This document shows positions 10,901-64,000 of a stretch of 64,000 nt of DNA, piece by piece. This DNA is from Oculina patagonica (lineage: Eukaryota): the NCBI RefSeq assembly GCF_052425735.1, contig NC_135763.1, positions 2,170,001 through 2,234,000 on the forward strand, in the 5' to 3' direction. Position 1 is the stretch's first letter. Every line of letters begins with the position of its first letter. Below the pieces are notes generated by a model. It saw nothing but the letters and a program-made list of their open reading frames with translations. It made no database searches and was not told the origin of the DNA. Position numbers and translations under genes: made by a program.

Positions 10901-13900
10901 CAGATAGCTCAACTGTAGATTTTTCAGTGTTGTTTGGCAAGCTGGTAAAACATCTTCAGGGTCATGGCTGTTACACCTAATTTTTGAGACAAAAACAACA
11001 GAATCAGATGAAACCACTAATGAAAGGCAACATGTATCATCATATGAGAAGGCCTAATAGCTCAACAGCTGGGTTCTTGTATAATGTTTATAAGATACAG
11101 TACGTGACACCTGTCTGACATTGTATTGTATTTTAAGAATGCTATTTATTCCAATAGCTCAGATCCTTACAGTCAAAATACCTCAAGTGTTCCTGTTAAG
11201 GGTGGATTAATGATTCCATTATTGCAAATTTGATTGCGTTCTTTGCTTCAATATTTCAATGTTCAAACGGCGAGTCAATTCAAAACTGGAATGTTGATTG
11301 GATTGTTGTCTGGCTTCACGCGACAGGCACGTGAGAATTTGACCTGAATTTGCATAAACTAGTCAACCGTCAAATGTCACACATGGTGTTTTCTCATCAT
11401 TTTGTTCTTCGCGCTCTTTTATTTCAACACTATGATAATACCAAAAGGGAGGCGAGACATTTTGGTGCACTGAAAAGGCACAATAACAGTAAAAGTGAGT
11501 CCGCTATGCGAACATGTGTGGACTTTCATTTGAATAAAAGTTGACATTATGAATTAATCAATGAGTTACTGTAGCAGTCAACAACTTCAAGTTTCGAATC
11601 GAGTAATTCGAGATACAAGGCGAAAAAACAAAGAACTTATCAATCAATTTATTTTTTACAAGACTGTTGGAAGAACAAAGTGTTCTATTACTTGTCTTAT
11701 GTACTACGCTTCAAGAAACACATGTTACCATTGCCGCTTGGGATGTCACGCAATTTCAATGAGCGTGGTGTGACCCTTTGTCACGTCGTTCACGACAAGT
11801 GCCTTTTTTTCATGCAAATAAAAACCTAGAATCCTACAAGAACAGCAGTTATTAGACCAAAGGCTTTCCTTACCGCTAGCAAGATAGGATACTATTTTCA
11901 TTAAAAAAAAAAAGAAATGTTGCGTGGAGCACGTGAACTGTCTCGCATCGCTTGTTTACACAACCCTTATTTTTTGTGTAAAGCTTGTGTAAACAGCTCA
12001 TCGAAAAACTTGTTTTCTTTCAATGAGTTCTTTTTTAACCTTTTTGGAATAACAACGTTTCAATAAGCTTTCACAAATAATTTCTTAGTAGCTTGCGTAG
12101 AAAGGCGGAGAAATATATTTTTCTGTTCACGAAATATTCACTTGGAGTCGGTGTTTTGAGAGGCGGCAAAGGACGTTATTTAAACCGACAATTAAATTAT
12201 TTTGTCGCACGGTTTGGATATATGCATATTCTACGGTTCGATGTTATTTTTATTCTTTTCATGACAATGTTTTAGTTCAGTTCTAAATTCGACATCGGTC
12301 TTTTGCTAAATATACTACTTGAGAGAAATGGAGCTGGTGAATTATATCCCGGAGTCCAAGACAAGTAAAACAACATGATCAGCGAACTTGTTTTGATACA
12401 ACTCCTTGTATATTCATTGTGTGTGGCAAAGCTGAAAGAAATAAATAACCAGACATTTGATTCGTTTTCATATGCGAATCAAAAGTGCTCAAGCCGCACA
12501 GAAAAACAAACAATACGGATAGTGAGTCAAAAGTGTGAAAAAAAAGAAACGTGACCTGCGACCGCAGTTGTTCAGCTTATTAGATATGCAGATTTCAGCC
12601 GTCGCGAATGTTTTTTCACTTTTCATCTACGCCACCGCTGCCTTTGAAGTTCTTCCTTGATGTATATTTTCCAGCCACCACACGCTCTTCGAAAGATGTG
12701 TCAAAAAAGGCTTCTAGATTCAAGAATAAAGTGCGACTTACTCGATACTGATCGAATTTCTGGGTTTACTGCCTTGGCTGCCCATCCCACCGAAACTTCG
12801 GATTCTCCGATCACTGTTGAAAACTTCCGAAAGCACTAACCCGAGTTATCACGGAAAGTGACCCCCCAATCGGAAAAAACTGCATGACAACAATGTGTAG
12901 ACTTTAAAGTCCAAACAAAAATACTACTAGCAGAAGAAAAGTGGGAAAACTGTCGTTGATCCATTTTATGCAAATTAGGAAACCTTTTCAAATTCTCACG
13001 TGTCTGTCGCATGAATGAAATCAACATTTGAGTTTTGAATTAAGTCGTCGTTTGAACATTGAAATGTTCAATTCAAGAATGGAATATTGAAGCAAAGAAT
13101 GGAATCAAATTTGCAATAATGGAATCATTAATCCACCCTTGACAGGAACGCTTGAGGTGTTTTGACTGTAATACAATTTTTTATCTCTTCTAAGACCCCT
13201 CTCCTTCTTTTGCATACCCCATTAAATTACCCACAAACCATGGAGGTTTTAGAAAGGTTTTTGTCAGGAAGACATTATTGCAGGCCTTTGCAGCTGGGGA
13301 AAAAAAACTTTTTTGGAAGAATTTTTTCTTGATATATATGCTCAAGCAGACACAAAGCTGTTCGTTTATAAAATTCAGAACTTTCTTTTAAAGAAACATT
13401 TTGTAACAAGAAGCACACTGTGAACCTTGAGAAGGGAACAAAAAGTCATTCAATTTATAGTTACCAGAGTTTTGATGTGACAAAGACATCTTCACGCTTC
13501 ACTTTTCCTTCTTTGAAAACTTCTGTAAACGTTTCACCAATTTCGTCCTCATTTTGATAGCAATGTGCACAGTCAATGTGACGGTATCCAAACTGTAAAG
13601 CAAGCCTCACAGCTTTTCCAACTTCACCCTTTTTGGATTTCCATGTCCTGTGGGAAAATAAAAAAAACTTTTATGTAGTTACACATGAAAAATTGCTACT
13701 TATCGCTGCCAATTGCATTTATGTATAGTCGATTAACTCGGACGTTGAATCTTGTAAAGTTCTGTGTTTCATGCAATAAATGTTTTAATCTGATGATATA
13801 TACACTCACCCCAAAGCAATAGAGGGCATCAGAGCTCCATTGCCAAGTTTCACTGCAGTTGATGCCTATAAAAGTAAGTAACAAATTATATTAAGAAAAA

Positions 13901-15978
13901 GAAATAATTTTAAACAATTATTGGATGAGGTTTTTGTGATATCCGTAATAATCGAGGTCGAGGTAAGTGTTACACTTACCGAGACCTTGATTATTCTGGA
14001 TATCACAAAAACTGAATCTAATAATTGTTTTATTATACATTGTTTTTTTGGAAAAGAAAATAATGACAAACGATTTCAACCTGTTTCAACACTGTCGTCC
14101 TGCTTTTTCCTCAAAGTATTTTGTAGAATAGTTCCTCCCAATTTTTGTCAATCATTTTGTGTTTTCCGAGACTTTATGGTCCAATAAATTTTCAACTTAG
14201 GTCAAATTATTGCTCGGTTGAAAAGGCGAATCGACGAACTATGAATTTCCTTCGCCGCCAGATGCCTGCCACATTGCTCTTGGAAATCAGGCATTGTGCG
14301 CCCAACCTACAGATTAGTGAATAATCTGCTAGCAGATTATTCACTAATCTGTAGGTTGCGCGGATTCCCAGAATTAGCTGTAGGCTCTTAGCCAATAAGA
14401 AGACAGCTAATGACTACAATGTATAATAACATGACAAATCTCCCTAGCTTACGTCATGCAGATTGTGATCAAAGAAAATAAAGATATTGTTTGATGTTAG
14501 AAGGAAATGCTACATACATGTACATAACTAGGCATCCAGTGACTTTTATATACTCAAAGCTATTAGAATATCCCATTACTGTTGTAAGAAAGCCACTTGT
14601 AAATAAGGGTGGTACCATTTCATATCCCCCCCCCCCCACCCATAGTCAAGGTAAGTCAAAATTCCCCATTATTATAGAAAACAGATCAAATTGTTGCGAT
14701 GATGCCCCTCAGAAAAGAATCCCATTACCTCCTCCAAAAAAGAGGGGGTGAATAGGGGTATGCACCCTGCGAGCAGAGCCTCTTTTAACTTCCCTGCGGT
14801 TGAGATTTGGGAAGCAAAAAGAGGCTCTGCATAAATCATGTCATTTCTTTGAAGTTGCCGCAGCCCCAAAGTTTGGGCTGGTCAGATTCGGATTCGGATT
14901 AAACCGGTTTTTGCTACACCAGCATTATCTTTTTTTGAAAGACTGATGGCCAAAATGGAGCCCACAGCACGCTCTCAAAAGCACTAGAGCTGACGATTGC
15001 TCTCGCCATCTGCTACAGTTTGTGCGTGCATGCTGTATTGTGGATCATTCAGATCTCGTTTTTTGCAAACCAAGAAGAAATTTCAAGGTTTAAATCGCAC
15101 ATCACTACCATAAAGTCACTGACACGACCTCAAGCGGTGCTTGACGTGATTTATTGAAGGAACATGTAAAACAAACACTTTTTTCAGGCTGTCGTGTGCG
15201 ATCCGACACGCCATTTCGCACGCGCATGCTAAGATTAAGTGGTCCTCGCGCAAGCTAAACGCGCAAGCATCACGTAAACCTTGTGCATGCTAAACAAAGA
15301 TTTGACACGATTCTTGCAGAGCCCTTTCTTCTCAAGTATATCAGTGGAAAAGAAAGGGCTCTGCTCGCACGGTGAGGGGTATGCAAATCTGCCAGGTTCA
15401 TTTCATGGGATGGCCCTTAATGTTTTGTTCAGCATTCTACTTTCATATTATTTTATATTCGTTACCCATTTCTTTTAAAAGCACAATTTTTTTAAGAATG
15501 TACGACTGTAACTAAATAACTTAAGGAATAAGCTCAAATAAAGCTTATAAATAGACTTTTTGTGAGCGCGAAGCAAGGTTATGTAATTCGACACTATCTT
15601 ATTCGCTGAGTCATACCAAGTATAAAAACCTTCAAAGTTCAAGCGTATTGTCTTTAAAGAAAAAAAAAAGGATAAAACATACCATAATGGATTCGTGACA
15701 AAGGCAGAATTTAAAACTCCAAACAGCACGTACCGTTGTAGATTGTAGGGAATTTGCTCGCTCTATCTATTTCCCGGTCGCCAACTGATTTGCATTAGCA
15801 TGTATCAGAAACCCATGGGTTTCTGCATGTATATAATGCAAGTCAGTTTATATTTAAAAGAGAGCGCAAACCTTCTACAATAGTTATACGAACACGAGGT
15901 TGGATTATCTCTCGAACTACCTGGAGAGCACGTGTTGTTCCTCTCAATACAAAAGCATTTTAAAAGCCTACTTACCAT
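4913..15978 (-). CDS. Aldo-keto reductase family 1-like (AKR1A1/AKR1B1-like), paralog B; complete, 9 coding exons, 319 aa
   Basis: Exons: 15978-15976 (ATG), 13865-13810, 13647-13465, 10976-10889, 8325-8224, 7078-6961, 6341-6285, 5757-5624, 5131-4913 (TAA). They sum to 960 nt, all GT-AG, with consistent phases. Motifs: [59 protein letters not shown]. Confidence 0.95.
7255..7490 (-). mobile_element. SINE copy, same family as 260-518
   Basis: Reverse-complement similarity: GCTCCTGGGTGAACAGAGGCACTGTAAGAGTAAAGCATCTTGCCCAA, GGATGGGCTGCTAGTCTATTGCAGGTTAC. Confidence 0.7.
7879..7985. repeat. About 105-bp imperfect palindrome (MITE-like hairpin)
   Basis: GATCTGTATGGGCGTTTACAATGGC ... GCCATTGTAAACGGCCATACAGATC, with outer arms GTAGATAAAATAT / ATATTTTATTCTAC. 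Confidence 0.8.
9290..9546. mobile_element. hAT-like MITE
   Basis: Termini CAGGGCCGTAAC / GTTACAGCCCTG. GTCATT is directly repeated on both sides. Confidence 0.65.
9660..10010 (-). mobile_element. 5'-truncated LINE (CR1/L2-like) 3' end
   Basis: The minus strand reads [37 protein letters not shown], typical of the C-terminus of CR1/L2 ORF2, followed by an AT-rich 3' UTR and a short simple-repeat tail. Confidence 0.7.
11170..13168. mobile_element. 2-kb non-autonomous Tc1/mariner-type DNA transposon with long TIRs
   Basis: TA|CAGTCAAAATACCTCAAGTGTTCCTGTTAAGGGTGGATTAATGATTCCATTATTGCAAATTTGATT matches the reverse complement of the right end (...TTTGACTG|TA) at 63 of 66 nt. Weaker inverted similarity extends to about 170 bp. 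TA TSD. No transposase recognised. Confidence 0.88.
13911..14032. repeat. About 120-bp palindromic MITE-like hairpin
   Basis: AAACAATTATTGGAT..GTTTTTGTGATATCC..AATAATCGAGGTC...GACCTTGATTATT..GGATATCACAAAAAC..ATCTAATAATTGTTT. Confidence 0.8.
14763..15374. mobile_element. 612-bp non-autonomous DNA transposon with perfect 9-bp TSD (Mutator-like by TSD length)
   Basis: TIR CACCCTGCGAGCAGAGCC / GGCTCTGCTCGCACGGTG. AGGGGTATG at 14754-14762 and 15375-15383. Each end also has its own subterminal hairpin (GCAGAGCC...GGCTCTGC). Confidence 0.88.
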
Positions 15979-17677
15979 ATTTCTAACCCAAACACGACCG
16001 GCTTACCAAACTTACAAGGCACAGATAGGAAGGTTTGCGCGCACAAGTCACGCACTCTGACTGTCACGCGCGCAAGGTATTGTGGGCATATTCTCGTCCC
16101 CGGGATCGCGCATTTTTGTTAGTAAGAGCGGGCCGCCAAGGATTTACAAGATTTTAGTTACATGTAGTTATCAAAGACCGTAATTGAAATGGCAAGTCAT
16201 TGATCGTTTGAGATGAACTTGTAGACGACTTAAGAGAAGGGAGTATTCTCCTCATAAGCTCCGGTCTTATACATGTCAAAGGCGTTGTCCTCAGTCCAAA
16301 GTAAGGTCATTGACTTTCCCTTCTTCGGAAACTAGGCCAGGCTAGACCGACATATTAAGGCGAACGGTCACCAAAGACGAGGACAGCGCTTTGTCAAAAA
16401 TAAATTACTTAACAACTGCATTGCAAGTGCCTTAACCTGCAATCAGGCGCGCCAACTTTGAATTTTTCACGCTCCTACATTTCTTTTTACACAGGTATTT
16501 CCGCTTTTCAGACATACAGACTCGACAAGGCTGAGTTAATTTGGGAACGGAAACTGAATTCTTCTGATCGTAGCTTACTATCGGCTTTTCCCCGAGCCAG
16601 CTATCGAAGTCTACAGAATTGAAAACGCGTTGTCTAATTGTTTCTGCATAACCCAGTGGCTAATCTAAAAAATATAACTGATTTATTAAAAGTTTTGTTC
16701 TGTACTTTTCGGCAATTATACATAAGAAGGCTAATAGTCCTCTGCTGAAACAAGCCGGGAAACAAATCAAATTCACGTGTTTGCAGGAGTCCATTTCTTT
16801 TGGATTGCTGAAGTTTACCAATAGTTAACCACTGGATTTTGTTAACACATCATCACCCGGCTCACCTCCAACTAAAATATTGTTGAATGAAAGGAGATTC
16901 TTTTTGTTAAGTGGAGAAGTGACCATTTAATCACAGCTGGCTTTTTGGAAATTGTCACATTACATCATTCTATTTCGATTCCATTTGCAGTTCATATATG
17001 ATTTCATTCACAAACGTTTCTAAACATTTCTTTTATTTGGAAGACTTTAATATTATATTCTTTACTTCTTTTTATAAAATCTGCATTTTGAAAAAATTGA
17101 GAATAAACTACAGCGCACTTCCATTCATCACTGGTTAACAGCTGTAGTTATTCGTAATAAAATATATGGATTTATTCAGAACATAAGCACTAGCCTTTAG
17201 AGCTGGGAAACGAGTAAACATAGGGCCGGCGCACGCGAGGAATGCCCACGAGGCGGGGAACTTGCGCCCTTTATGCGCAGTTACATGAAAGGCATTAACA
17301 TTACCAAACATGAATTCCAAATGTATAACGAGATATCAGAAAATATAACACTAGCATACTGTTGCGATATGAAATGGAACACTAAGTTGACCTCCAAGTA
17401 GATTTCGAATCTGTTTTGATCGCCTAAGATATGCCTCAGTTAAATGTGGTTCAATTAGAAAACCTACAACGACTAGAACTGCAATTCCTTCAATGGACTC
17501 CGTCTTAAGATCCCAGCTAGAACTAAATTAGAGTGCTTTGATATTGGAACGCGAGGTTCAAAGCAGTTAGAATTCACGTGCCAACCACTGGACTAAGTTA
17601 TCTAGCACGACAAAGTAGCCAACAGGCGCCGGCAAAGCAGAGCAACAAGTGTCTGTGTGCAAATGGCGTGCATCAGT

Positions 17678-64000
<46,323 letters not shown>

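Noticed and set aside
15980-16140. Antioxidant response element upstream of the AKR genes
   Set aside because: I found only imperfect matches to TGACnnnGC here and near 3500, which is not enough to call.

Overview
Eukaryotic, AT-rich, intron-rich animal DNA. The SINE/MITE landscape and gene style suggest a cnidarian, probably a stony coral (inference, not tested). There are three protein-coding genes, all on the minus strand. (1) ATM serine/threonine kinase: I could thread 64 exons in frame by hand from the window end (about human residue 265) to the stop at 17678, roughly 2,870 codons; the 5' end lies beyond 64000. (2) A complete 9-exon, 319-aa aldo-keto reductase (AKR1-like) at 4913-15978. 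(3) A tandem AKR paralog with the same exon architecture, whose first four exons lie at 1093-3384 and which runs off the window start. Introns are packed with tRNA-derived SINEs, LINE 3' fragments and non-autonomous DNA transposons with readable TIRs and TSDs. Most ORFs in the supplied track are either exon-plus-intron read-through or spurious. I found no convincing new multi-gene system. The best leads are an AKR with substitutions at the NADPH 2'-phosphate site, unusual ATM splice architecture (two GC donors, a 21-nt repeat donor array), an intron built from an inverted LINE pair, and a Harbinger-like element carrying a decayed death-domain-like exon.
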